DNA of 64,000 bases from an uncultured Acidobacteriota bacterium (GTDB lineage Bacteria > Acidobacteriota > Vicinamibacteria > Fen-336). The notes beneath the pieces were generated by a model that did no database searches, was not told where the DNA came from, and saw only the letters and a program-made list of their open reading frames with translations. Shown in pieces: positions 40,958-52,981 of this stretch (positions are counted from its first letter, which is position 1; each line of letters begins with the position of its first letter). A program made the position numbers and the translations under genes. Location of the stretch: positions 3,072,001 to 3,136,000 of the forward strand of contig OY970399.1 of the NCBI GenBank assembly GCA_963720545.1, written 5' to 3'.

Positions 40958-42610
40958 ATGAATCGCCACGCCTGGTTGTTGAGACTGCCATTGGCCGTGT
41001 TCACGGCCCATGCACTGTTTGGTGTTGCCGCGGTGGCGCGCGCCCAAAGCCAGGCGCCGCCGGCAGTGATCGTCGACGGCCGCATCGGCGCCGATACGTG
41101 CCAGGACTACGATCCGGCGAGCCGCGCGTGCGGCAGCGGCACGGCGCGCGCCGTGCGGCGCCTTGCTGCACTTGGCGCGCTGCGCCCGGGCGATGTCGTC
41201 GCGCTGCGCGAAGGCGACTACGACGAGACGCTGCACGCGGCCTCGGGCGCCGCCGGCGCTCCGATCACGTACATGCGCTACGGCGACGAGCACCCACGCA
41301 TCCGCGGTGCCGAGCTCGACCCCGCGATCGACCTGTCGAACGTGCGATACGCGGTCATCGACGGCCTGGCGGTTGCCGACGTGGTCGGCTGGGTGCGAGC
41401 CGAGAACGCGCAGCATGTGGTGATTCGCAACAGCACCTTCCGCGGCGCCACCGCCTCGGGCAGCCGCGCCGGGCTCAAGTTCATCCACGCCAACGACAAC
41501 CGCATCCTCGACAACGTCATCGACGACGGCAACGACAACGTCCTGCTGATCGACTCGAACCGTAACCTGGTTGCGGGCAACCGCATCACCGGCGCCGGCC
41601 ACGCGCTGTGGACGATCCTCTGCGGGAGCAACAACGTCATCCGCGGCAACACGCTCGAAAACGAGTGGCAGAAGCTCGCGCAGGTGACCGACTGCGAAGG
41701 CGAGCCCTCCGACACCCCGACGAAGAACAAGAGCACGCGGCGCAACCTGGTCGAAGACAACGATTTCGGCGCGGTGCCCGACGCCGGCGGCCAGGCGCCC
41801 TATTCGCACATCCAGTACTCGGCGCAGCAGGGCATCGTGCGCCGCAACCGCTTCTTCGATTCGAAGGGCAGCGGGCTGCAGATGACGATCTACGACTACG
41901 AGGCGCGCTACAACACCGGCAACCGCGTCTACAACAACGTGTTCTACGCGATCGATACCGGCGCGATCGCGATCGACGCCGGCTCCGACTTCAAGGACAA
42001 CGTCTTCAAGAACAACATCCTTGCCGGCAGCCACTTCGTCGCCCATGACGGGCGCTTCGCCTGGTACCGCGACCTCGCCGGCAAGCCGGTGCAGGTGATG
42101 ACCGCGCGCCGTGACGGCTACCTGTTCGACAACAACGACATCTTTGGCGGCAAGCCCGGCGCGCCGTACGTCGTCGCCTACGGCGAGCGCGAGGGCGGCG
42201 ACGCCGGTGCCCGCACCATCGAAGCGTGGCAGCGCCGCGACGCGAAGCTCTTTGCCCGCAACCTCGAAGTCGATCCCGGCTTTGCCGCGGCGGAGCGCCG
42301 CGACTTTCATCTCCTCGCGGACAGCCCGCTGATCGACCGCGGTGCCTTCCTCACCAGCGCTGTCGCTGCCGGCAGCGGCACCACCCTGCAGGTCGCGGAT
42401 GCTTCCTGGTTCTACGACGGCTTCGCGATCGAGGGCGAGGAAGGCGACCGCATCCAGCTGGACGGCCAGGCGCAGACGGCGCGCATCGTGCGCATCGACC
42501 TGGCCGCGAACACCCTGGTGCTCGACAAGCCGCTCACGTGGACGGCGGGCCAGGGCGTGACGCTCGCGTACAACGGACGCGCGCCCGACATCGGAGCATA
42601 CGAGCACTAG
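40958..42610 (+). CDS. Secreted right-handed beta-helix (pectate-lyase-like fold) protein
   Basis: AGGAG RBS, signal peptide, PGDVV.LREG.Y, Asn-rich repeats, DFHL..DSP.ID.G, APDIGAYE. Confidence 0.8.
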   Translation: MNRHAWLLRLPLAVFTAHALFGVAAVARAQSQAPPAVIVDGRIGADTCQDYDPASRACGSGTARAVRRLAALGALRPGDVVALREGDYDETLHAASGAAGAPITYMRYGDEHPRIRGAELDPAIDLSNVRYAVIDGLAVADVVGWVRAENAQHVVIRNSTFRGATASGSRAGLKFIHANDNRILDNVIDDGNDNVLLIDSNRNLVAGNRITGAGHALWTILCGSNNVIRGNTLENEWQKLAQVTDCEGEPSDTPTKNKSTRRNLVEDNDFGAVPDAGGQAPYSHIQYSAQQGIVRRNRFFDSKGSGLQMTIYDYEARYNTGNRVYNNVFYAIDTGAIAIDAGSDFKDNVFKNNILAGSHFVAHDGRFAWYRDLAGKPVQVMTARRDGYLFDNNDIFGGKPGAPYVVAYGEREGGDAGARTIEAWQRRDAKLFARNLEVDPGFAAAERRDFHLLADSPLIDRGAFLTSAVAAGSGTTLQVADASWFYDGFAIEGEEGDRIQLDGQAQTARIVRIDLAANTLVLDKPLTWTAGQGVTLAYNGRAPDIGAYEH

Positions 42611-42621
42611 AATCCCGCCCC

Positions 42622-43653
42622 ATGCGCGACCTGCGGCTGGCGTTCGTCGGCTTCGGCAACGCCGGCCGGCACTTCGGCGAGCGGCTGGCGGGAGACTACG
42701 GCCGCATCCTGCGCAGCCGCGGCGTGCGCCCGCGCATCGTCGGCATTGCCACCGGCCGCAACGGCATCGCCGTCGATCCGCGCGGCCTCGATCCGCGCCG
42801 CGTGCTGCGCGCGCTGGCTGAGCGCCGCGGCCTGCAGGCGCTGCACCGCGGCAAGCCGGTCGGCAACACCCTCGATTTCATCGCCCGCGTGCGCGCCGAC
42901 GTGCTGTTCGAAATATCGCCGCTCGATCCCACGGCCGGCCAACCGGCGATCGCGCACGTCCGCGCCGCCCTGCGCCGGCGCATGCATGTGGTGACGGCCA
43001 ACAAGGGTCCGGTGGCGTTCGCGCTGCGGCCGCTGCGGGCGCTGGCGCGGCGTGAAGGGCGCAGCTTCCGCTTCGAGGGCGCTGTGCTCGACGGCACGCC
43101 GCTCTTCAACATGGTCGAACGCACCCTCGCCGGCTGTCGCATCCTCGGCTTTCGCGGCGTGCTCAACAGCACCACCACGCGCATCCTCACCGCGATGGAA
43201 AAGGGGATCAGCGGCCTGGAAGCGCTGCGCCAGGCGCAGGCGGCCGGTGTCGTCGAGGCGAACCCGGCCTTCGACCTCGACGGCTGGGACGCCGCGGTCA
43301 AGGGCTGTGCCATCGCCAACGCGCTGATGGGCGCGCAGGTGACGCCGCGCGACGTACGCCGCACCGGGATCGGCGCGGTCACGGTGCAGGACGTCGGTGA
43401 AGCCACCGCCGCCGGTGCGCGCCTGCGCCTGGTGGTGCGTGGCCATCGCGAGGGCAAGCAGGTGCTGGTGAGCGTCGCGCCGGAACGCATCGTGGTGGGC
43501 GACCTGCTGGTCTCGCCCGGCTGCGACGGTGTCGTGGTGCTGCAGACCGACCTGATGCGCGAGGTCGGCATCTGGGAAGGCGCCGGCGGCGTCGACCAGA
43601 CCGCCTACGCACTCCTCTCCGACCTGCTGGCGATCGTGGACGGCGTCCGGTGA
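42622..43653 (+). CDS. hom: Homoserine dehydrogenase (no ACT domain)
   Basis: GFGNAG, HVVTANKGP, FEGAVLDG.P, GVLNSTT, EANP..DLDGWDAAVK. Confidence 0.88.
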   Translation: MRDLRLAFVGFGNAGRHFGERLAGDYGRILRSRGVRPRIVGIATGRNGIAVDPRGLDPRRVLRALAERRGLQALHRGKPVGNTLDFIARVRADVLFEISPLDPTAGQPAIAHVRAALRRRMHVVTANKGPVAFALRPLRALARREGRSFRFEGAVLDGTPLFNMVERTLAGCRILGFRGVLNSTTTRILTAMEKGISGLEALRQAQAAGVVEANPAFDLDGWDAAVKGCAIANALMGAQVTPRDVRRTGIGAVTVQDVGEATAAGARLRLVVRGHREGKQVLVSVAPERIVVGDLLVSPGCDGVVVLQTDLMREVGIWEGAGGVDQTAYALLSDLLAIVDGVR

Positions 43654-44576
43654 GCGAAAGCCAGTCGGCGGTTTCCGCGGTCTTCGACGCGCTGCAGGAC
43701 GCGGTGTCGCACACCCGCGCGCAGCTCTTCCCGTTCCGGCTCAACCGCTGGCTGCCGCTCGGCGTTGTCGCGTTCCTCGACCAGTGCGGCCGGCAAGGCG
43801 GTCCGGCTTTCCCGAACTTAGGCAACAGCTACCGTCACAACACAGGCGCCGGGAGCCCCGTCGGCGTCGATATGGTCCGCGCCGGCGGATGGCTGGGCCA
43901 GCACGTCGTGCTGATCATGCTCATTGCCGCGGGCGTCTTCGCCGTGGCCGTGGCGGTCATCGCGCTTGCAACGTGGCTGCGCAGCCGCGGCACGTTCATG
44001 TACATCGACAACGCCGCCGGCGGCACCTGCGACATCGAGCGGCCGTGGCGCCAGCACCGCGAGATCGCCGGTTCGTGGTTCGCGTGGCAGCTCACCATCG
44101 GCCTCGCCAGTTTTGTCGGCGTGGTCGGCATGCTGATCCCGATCGGCATACTCGTCTACCGGTTCTTTCTCGTCCGCCAGCCGGCGATCCTGCTTGGCCT
44201 GATCGTGCCGTTCCTCGCGCTGCTGGCGATGAGCCTCGTCTACGGCGCGTTCGCCGTCGCCTCGCGCGATTTCGTGGCGCCGCTGCAGTTCCAGGCGGGT
44301 CGGTCCTTCGGCGCGGCTCTGCAGATCTTCTGGGGCCTGCTGTGCCGCGAGCCGCTGGCGTTCTTCATCTACCTGATCCTGAAAATGGTCTATGCGGTCG
44401 CCGCCGGGGTGCTGGCTTTCATCGCCTGCTGCCTCACCTGCTGCATCGCCGCACTCCCCGTGGTGAACCAGGCAGCGCTCCAGCCCGTCTACTACTGCGA
44501 ACGGTCCTGGTCGCTGTTCCTGCTGCGGCGCCTGGGCTACGACGTCTTTCCCCCTTCCGGAGGTTTGCGCACATGA
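43650..44576 (+). CDS. Hypothetical multi-TM membrane protein
   Basis: About 5 hydrophobic segments, Cys-rich CCLTCC; overlaps both neighbours. Confidence 0.7.
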   Translation: MSESQSAVSAVFDALQDAVSHTRAQLFPFRLNRWLPLGVVAFLDQCGRQGGPAFPNLGNSYRHNTGAGSPVGVDMVRAGGWLGQHVVLIMLIAAGVFAVAVAVIALATWLRSRGTFMYIDNAAGGTCDIERPWRQHREIAGSWFAWQLTIGLASFVGVVGMLIPIGILVYRFFLVRQPAILLGLIVPFLALLAMSLVYGAFAVASRDFVAPLQFQAGRSFGAALQIFWGLLCREPLAFFIYLILKMVYAVAAGVLAFIACCLTCCIAALPVVNQAALQPVYYCERSWSLFLLRRLGYDVFPPSGGLRT

Positions 44577-45082
44577 CCACGAAGCCCGCCTTCTCCCGCG
44601 AGGAGCGCGAGAAGCTCATCGAAACCTACGCCGCCGGACCCGAGCGGCTGCGGCGTGCGTGGCAGGCCGTGCCGGAGGCCGCGCAAAAGCTGGCGCCCGC
44701 GGCGGGGAAGTGGTCGCCGCACCAGGTCGTCATCCACTGCGGCGATTCCGAGACCTACGGCGCGGTGCGCATCCGCATGCTGGTCGCCGAGAAGTCGGCG
44801 ACGATCGTGGGCTATGACGAAGCCGAGTGGGCGCGGGTCCTCGACTATCACTCGCTGCCGATCGAGCCGGCGCTGGCGGCGGTCGCGGCCGCGCGCGGCA
44901 ACACCCTCGCGCTGCTGCGCCAGATGGACGAGAGGGCCTGGGGCAAGTCCGGCACGCACACGCAGTCGGGCCACTTCAGCGCCCAGGACTGGCTGCGGGT
45001 CTATTCGGTCCACGTCGAGAACCACGCAGCCCAGATCGACCGCGCGGTTGCGGTGTTCAAAGAGAAAGGCGCGGGCGCCTAG
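44573..45082 (+). CDS. DinB family protein
   Basis: GKWSPHQVVIHCGDSE, GYDEAEWA, HVENHAAQI. Confidence 0.85.
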   Translation: MTTKPAFSREEREKLIETYAAGPERLRRAWQAVPEAAQKLAPAAGKWSPHQVVIHCGDSETYGAVRIRMLVAEKSATIVGYDEAEWARVLDYHSLPIEPALAAVAAARGNTLALLRQMDERAWGKSGTHTQSGHFSAQDWLRVYSVHVENHAAQIDRAVAVFKEKGAGA

Positions 45083-45765
45083 GCGGGTGCGGCGGCGGCC
45101 GCCGGCTTGCCCTTCTTGGCGGCGTCGGCCGCGACCCAGCGCACCGAAGGCGAGGCCGAGAGCTTCATCTCTTCGATCAGCTTGGCGGCCGCCACCTTCA
45201 GCTTCGGGTTGCGCGCGCCGATCTGGCGCAGCGCCGAGGCCACGGCCTTCTTCACGTGCACGCGCTCGTCGGTTGCGTGCTGCTTGACGACGCCGAGCAG
45301 GGTGAGGAAGCGCGAGTCTTCCGCCTTCTTGTCGTGGACCGCCATCTCCGCGATGAGCGCGAAGCCGGCGCGCTTCACGAACTCCTGCGGGCGCTGCGTC
45401 CAGGCGAGTGCGCGGCGGTACGCGTAGGGCGTGTTCCAGAAGAGGTCGGTGCAGCAGGTGTCGCCGATGACGTAGTTGTCGAAGTCGCGCGCCCAACGGT
45501 CCATCTGGCGCTCCGAGACCTTGTCGGGCTCGTCGATGAGGGCCGCCAGGATGCGCGCGTCGTGGACGCCGGTGGCCCACAGCTCCTGCGCCAGGCGATG
45601 GTCGCGGCCCAGCTCCTTCGCAAGCTTGCGCAGCTGCGCCGACGACAAGCCATAGGCCTTGCGCGTCTGGATGCCGGCCTTCATCATGTCGGCCACGGCC
45701 TTTGCGTTCTCCATGGCGCGAATGCGCTGCAGCACCACCCCGACCTCGGGCAGATCGGTCCTCAT
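45079..45765 (-). CDS. DNA alkylation repair protein (AlkD-like HEAT repeat)
   Basis: LAQELWATG.HDARILA, W.RDFDN..I.DT.C, EFVKRAGF, DER.HVKKAV..ALRQIG. Confidence 0.85.
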   Translation of the reverse strand: MRTDLPEVGVVLQRIRAMENAKAVADMMKAGIQTRKAYGLSSAQLRKLAKELGRDHRLAQELWATGVHDARILAALIDEPDKVSERQMDRWARDFDNYVIGDTCCTDLFWNTPYAYRRALAWTQRPQEFVKRAGFALIAEMAVHDKKAEDSRFLTLLGVVKQHATDERVHVKKAVASALRQIGARNPKLKVAAAKLIEEMKLSASPSVRWVAADAAKKGKPAAAAAPA

Positions 45766-46541
45766 TGGGCCACCGCTGCGGTGCCGACGGCGGGGCTGCC
45801 GCTTTCCCTGCGGACCAGCGCCTCTATCGTCTGCACCACTTCGTCAACGCTCTTGCGGGATGTGTCCACGATGTGGGCCGCGCCGCGATACAGCGGCTCG
45901 CGAGCCTGCAGCAGGCGTCGAAGTTCGGCCATGGCGTGCGGGTTGTCGGCCATCGGTCGTCTGTCTCCTTGTTGAATCACTCGGTTCCAGTGCTGTTCGG
46001 GGTCGGCACGGAGCCACACCGTCATCGAGTCGCGGCGCAGCAAGGCGAAGGTGGCAGGCGATGTGACGATCCCTCCGCCCGCAGCAAGGACGAGGGGGCG
46101 CCGCTCGGCCAGGATCCCCTCCAGAACCTCGCGCTCAAGACGCCTATAGTACTCCTCGCCGTGGAAATCGAATATCTCGCGGAGCGCGAGGCCGGCGGCT
46201 TCCTCGATGCGCGCGTCCAGTTCGACGAACGGAATATGCAGCCGGCGGGCTAGTTTCCGGCCGATCGTCGTCTTGCCGGCGCCGCGCAATCCCATGAGCG
46301 AAACGACCGGCAGCGGAGCCGCCGCGGCGTCCACGTCAGAGACGAGGGCCGAGAGCGTGGTGTCGAGCGCACGGGCCAGCGCCGCCAGCCGCTTGACGGA
46401 GATGTTGCCTTCGCCGGCCTCGACCTGGACGAGAAACCGCGACGACAGCCCGGAGCGTTCGGCGACGTCGCGCAGCGTGAGGCCGCGATGCGCGCGCAGC
46501 TCCCGGGCGCGCCGCGCGAGGCCGTCGAGGATCGGGTCCAT
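45762..46541 (-). CDS. boxR: XRE-HTH/shikimate-kinase-like regulator (BoxR/BzdR type)
   Basis: HTH (SGLSSRFLVQVEAGEGNIS) fused to GLRGAGKTT kinase-like domain; divergent from boxC. Confidence 0.88.
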   Translation of the reverse strand: MDPILDGLARRARELRAHRGLTLRDVAERSGLSSRFLVQVEAGEGNISVKRLAALARALDTTLSALVSDVDAAAAPLPVVSLMGLRGAGKTTIGRKLARRLHIPFVELDARIEEAAGLALREIFDFHGEEYYRRLEREVLEGILAERRPLVLAAGGGIVTSPATFALLRRDSMTVWLRADPEQHWNRVIQQGDRRPMADNPHAMAELRRLLQAREPLYRGAAHIVDTSRKSVDEVVQTIEALVRRESGSPAVGTAAVAQ

Positions 46542-46547
46542 AAAGAC

Positions 46548-46620
46548 GCACTATACTACACAACTGCCATATGTCGGAAGCACTATAATGCTTGACAGGG
46601 GAGAAATCGCCGGGTAACTT
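46548..46620. promoter_or_regulatory. Divergent boxR/boxC promoters with two GCACTATA boxes
   Basis: boxC: TTGACA (46592), 17 nt, TAACTT (46615); boxR: TATAGT (46555-46550); GCACTATACTAC (46548) and near-palindrome GCACTATAATGC (46580). Confidence 0.7.
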
Positions 46621-46627
46621 CCGGCGT

Positions 46628-48277
<1,650 letters not shown>

Positions 48278-48297
48278 GACGAAAAGGACGAAAAGCC

Positions 48298-49707
<1,410 letters not shown>

Positions 49708-49710
<3 letters not shown>

Positions 49711-49901
49711 CTATCGACGGATGGGCCGTCTCGCCCCCGTCCCATCCGTCGATCTTCTTTTGTCCGTTGCCAGGCGCTTGCCCGCTATCGACGGATTGGC
49801 CGGCCGTCCCTGCCCAATCCGTCGATTTCCTTTTTCCGTTCCCAGGCGCTTGCGACAGGGTTCGTTTCGTTTCGTTTATTCCCTGGGCGCTTGCGTCAAC
49901 G
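49708..49901. repeat. REP/BIME-like composite repeat, copy 2
   Basis: Two ATCGACGGAT hairpins (49713-49753, 49787-49826), each followed by a CCGTT.CCAGGCGCTTGC unit, plus a third unit; homologous to 12645-12817. Confidence 0.85.
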
Positions 49902-49910
49902 ACCTGTTGC

Positions 49911-49930
49911 CACTGTGTCCGGACACAGTG
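49911..49930. repeat. Perfect 20-bp palindrome
   Basis: CACTGTGTCCGGACACAGTG equals its own reverse complement. Confidence 0.8.
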
Positions 49931-50006
49931 AATTCCTCCTGGAACGCGGCTCGCTCTGAGTTCCCTCGCGGCTGGAAAGAACTGGACCGCTCGGGAAAGC
50001 GCAGTT

Positions 50007-50348
50007 CTATTCAATGACCAGCGAGGTCACCTTGATCTGGTCGCCGCTGCGGTCGCCGACGACAGTGGCGCGCAGGTGGTCGGTCTTCTTGGTGGCGAGC
50101 AGGGCGGCGTGCGTCTTTTCGTTGCCGGCGGCGTCGAACTTCAGGTACGAACCGTCGGCGGTGACGAGGCCGTAGCCGCCCTTTACGCACTGCAACGCGC
50201 ACTTGGTCTCGTGCTTGTCGGGGTCGGCCTTGACCCGGTCGAAGCACTGCGTGTCCACGACCGACACGTTGCTCCAGGTTTCGGCGCTGGCGACCATCGG
50301 CGCGGCCAGCAGCGCCGCCATCATCACCATCGTCTGCGTCGTCTTCAT
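50007..50348 (-). CDS. Small secreted Cys/His protein
   Basis: GAGGAGG RBS, signal peptide ending ASA, DTQC..H..CALQC..GGYG. Confidence 0.8.
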   Translation of the reverse strand: MKTTQTMVMMAALLAAPMVASAETWSNVSVVDTQCFDRVKADPDKHETKCALQCVKGGYGLVTADGSYLKFDAAGNEKTHAALLATKKTDHLRATVVGDRSGDQIKVTSLVIE

Positions 50349-50375
50349 GCTTGCCTCCTCAATCTGCCTGCTGGG

Positions 50376-50759
50376 TTAAGCGACCGAACGCACTTCGCTG
50401 AGGCGCGCCAGCGTGTACGCGCCAATCGCGATCTCGACGTCGCGCACGGCGAGGTCGTAGAACATTCCGGTTGTCACCAGCTGCGCCGCGATCGCGAGCA
50501 GCCATGCCATCGCGACATAGCCGCCGAGCCGCGTGACGCCGGCGAGGATGGCAAGGCCAACCACCATCTCGATCACGCCAACCATGTGCATGAACGCGGT
50601 GGCGCTCATGGGCAGGCGGCTGGCGATGGCCGGGCTCAGATACATCCCCCAGTCGGCGAGGATGTTGAAGAACTTGTCGAGCCCCGCCAGGAACGGTCCC
50701 AGGCCAAGCCCGATGCGCAGCGCCCACCACGCCGAATCCACACCCTTCGAGAGCGGCAT
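50376..50759 (-). CDS. DoxX-like membrane protein
   Basis: AGGAGG RBS; AGLDKFFNIL..W..Y, VGVIEMVVG, YDLAVRD. Confidence 0.8.
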   Translation of the reverse strand: MPLSKGVDSAWWALRIGLGLGPFLAGLDKFFNILADWGMYLSPAIASRLPMSATAFMHMVGVIEMVVGLAILAGVTRLGGYVAMAWLLAIAAQLVTTGMFYDLAVRDVEIAIGAYTLARLSEVRSVA

Positions 50760-50779
50760 TGCCACCTCCTGCCTCCATT

Positions 50780-50850
50780 GAGTGAGCGGACCGCGAAAGG
50801 TTACGCCCACGCCGGGGGAGGCTTGTAACCTTTTATGCCCGGTGCGACTC
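50780..50850. promoter_or_regulatory. Back-to-back ECF-type promoters
   Basis: Plus strand TGTAAC (50824)..GACTC (50846); minus strand CGTAAC (50805)..CACTC (50784). Confidence 0.6.
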
Positions 50851-50875
50851 TGTTGGATCAGGTGGCCGTCAAAGG

Positions 50876-51583
50876 ATGCCGGCGATGCAAATAGCGACGG
50901 TGAACGAGCGCCCGGAGTGGCGTGAGCTTTCGGACGATGCCGTGGTCGCGCGCGTCAAGGCCGGCGAGGCGGCGCTCTTCGAGGTGCTGATGCGCCGCTA
51001 CAACCAGCGCCTCTACCGGGTCGCTCGCGCCATCCTGCGGGACGATTCCGAGGCCGAGGACGTCATGCAGCACGCCTACGTCCAGGGCTACCTGCACCTC
51101 GGCCAGTTCGCGGGACGCGCCTCTTTCGCCACCTGGCTCACCAGGATCGCGGTGCACGAGGCGCTCGGCAGGGTGCGCAAGCGCGGCCGTGAGCAGGGCG
51201 CCATGCCGCACGAGGAAGGCGAGGACAGGATGAGCAGGGTGGAGTCGCCGCGGGCCGACCCCGAGCAACAGGCTGCGCATGGGGAAGCGCGACAGCTGCT
51301 CGAAGCCGCGATCGCGGCGCTGCCGCAGAACTACCGCTCGGTGTTCGTGCTGCGCGACGTCGAGGGCATGAACACCACCGAGACCGCATCGTGCCTCGAC
51401 CTCACGGACGAATCGGTGAAGACGCGGCTGCATCGGGCGCGGGCGATGCTGCGCAAGGACCTGTTCCAGCGCGCCGGCGTCGCCGCGCCGACCGCGTTCT
51501 CCTTCCACCTGTCGCGCTGCGACCGGGTGGTCGCGGCGGTCTTCGGCCGCCTGCAGGTGACGCCGGTTCGCACCGGCAACTGA
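50876..51583 (+). CDS. ECF sigma factor with a C-terminal RCD extension
   Basis: Region 2 AEDVMQ..FATWLTRIA; region 4 LPQNYRSVFVLRDVEG..ETA..VKTRLHRAR; tail FSFHLSRCDRVV. Confidence 0.92.
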   Translation: MPAMQIATVNERPEWRELSDDAVVARVKAGEAALFEVLMRRYNQRLYRVARAILRDDSEAEDVMQHAYVQGYLHLGQFAGRASFATWLTRIAVHEALGRVRKRGREQGAMPHEEGEDRMSRVESPRADPEQQAAHGEARQLLEAAIAALPQNYRSVFVLRDVEGMNTTETASCLDLTDESVKTRLHRARAMLRKDLFQRAGVAAPTAFSFHLSRCDRVVAAVFGRLQVTPVRTGN

Positions 51584-51591
51584 AAAAAATC

Positions 51592-51617
51592 TGCAACGTC
51601 CGGCCGCGCCCGGACTC
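51592..51617 (+). promoter_or_regulatory. Third ECF-type promoter, upstream of the di-heme gene
   Basis: TGCAAC (51592-51597)..GACTC (51613-51617), 8 nt before ATG 51626. Confidence 0.55.
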
Positions 51618-51625
51618 ACTTGGGC

Positions 51626-52966
51626 ATGAGGATCCATTGGCTCGCCGCAGGAGTTCTCGCCGCAACGGTCGCAGCCGTTGCCATCGGCTTCGACGTTTCG
51701 CGCACCAGCGCGGCGGAAGACGCCGCGGCCCGCTCGAGTGCGGACGCTGCCACGCTGCGCCACGCCGCCCAACAGCTGACCAGGGGCCGGAAGGTGTTTC
51801 GCCACGACACCTTCGGCGACGAAGCGTTCTGGGGCGGCGAGCTGCGGCTGCACGAGGCGATCGCCGGCGACGCCAACGGCGGTGTCGGCCCCGGCGTGAG
51901 CCCGGCGACTGCGCTCGCCGTGGGCCTGAAGGTCGATCTCGACGCGCTGCCGGCGTCCCTCATCCGCCAGCTCCGGCGCGGCGAGGTCGACCTGCAGGAT
52001 CCGGCCACGACCCTGGCCCTGCTGCGGCTCGATGCCGTGGTGGGTGTGCACGGCACGTTCGGTTCCAGCGGCCGGATCGCCACGATCGGGATCCAGTGCG
52101 CGCTATGCCATTCGGTGGTCGACGATTCGTTCGCTCCCGGCATCGGGCATCGGCTCGACGGCTGGGCCAACCGCGACCTCGACGTCGGCGCCGTCGTCGC
52201 GCTGGCGCCCGACCTCTCCTACTTCAGCGACCTGCTGCACGTCGATCAGGAGACCGTGCGCGCGGTGCTGCGCAGCTGGGGCCCGGGCAAGTTCGACGCC
52301 GAGCTGGCGCTCGACGGCCAGCCGTTCCGCCCCGACGGACGCTCCGCCGCCACGCTCATTCCGCCGGCGTTCGGCCTCGCCGGCGTAAACCTGCACACTT
52401 ACACGGGCTGGGGTTCCGTGACCCACTGGAACGCAATGGTCGCGAACCTCGAGATGCACGGCCAGGGCACCTTCTACGATCCGCGGCTCGACGACCCCGT
52501 CAAGTTCCCGATCGCCGCCGCCAACGGGTTCGGCAACGTGCGCAACGACGACGACCTCATCACCGGCAAACTGGGCGCGCTGCACTTCTACCAGCTCGCG
52601 ATCCCGGCTCCGGAGCCGCCGCCAAACAGCTTCGACGCAGCGCTCGCGCAGCGCGGGCGGACGCTCTTCGCGGGCCGGGCCGACTGCGCGCGCTGCCACG
52701 TGCCACCGCTCTTCACCGAGCCCGGCTGGAACATGCACACCGCCGCCGAGATCGGCATCGACGATTTCCAGGCGAAGCGTTCGCCCGACGAGCGCTACCG
52801 GACGACGCCGCTCAAGGGACTGTGGACGCACCAGAAGGGCGGCTTCTACCACGATGGCCGCTTCCGGACGCTGCGCGCGGTGATCGACCACTACGACGCG
52901 TTCCTGCACCTCGGCCTGTCTGCAGCGGACAAGGCCGCCCTCGCGGAGTACCTCAAGAGCATCTAG
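51626..52966 (+). CDS. Secreted di-heme c-type cytochrome (peroxidase-like C-terminus), function unknown
   Basis: Signal peptide; CALCH and CARCH; RG..LF..CxxCH..PLFT and YRTTPLKGL..FYHDG..TL..VIDHY. Confidence 0.8.
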   Translation: MRIHWLAAGVLAATVAAVAIGFDVSRTSAAEDAAARSSADAATLRHAAQQLTRGRKVFRHDTFGDEAFWGGELRLHEAIAGDANGGVGPGVSPATALAVGLKVDLDALPASLIRQLRRGEVDLQDPATTLALLRLDAVVGVHGTFGSSGRIATIGIQCALCHSVVDDSFAPGIGHRLDGWANRDLDVGAVVALAPDLSYFSDLLHVDQETVRAVLRSWGPGKFDAELALDGQPFRPDGRSAATLIPPAFGLAGVNLHTYTGWGSVTHWNAMVANLEMHGQGTFYDPRLDDPVKFPIAAANGFGNVRNDDDLITGKLGALHFYQLAIPAPEPPPNSFDAALAQRGRTLFAGRADCARCHVPPLFTEPGWNMHTAAEIGIDDFQAKRSPDERYRTTPLKGLWTHQKGGFYHDGRFRTLRAVIDHYDAFLHLGLSAADKAALAEYLKSI

Positions 52967-52981
52967 CGAATCGAGCCGCTA

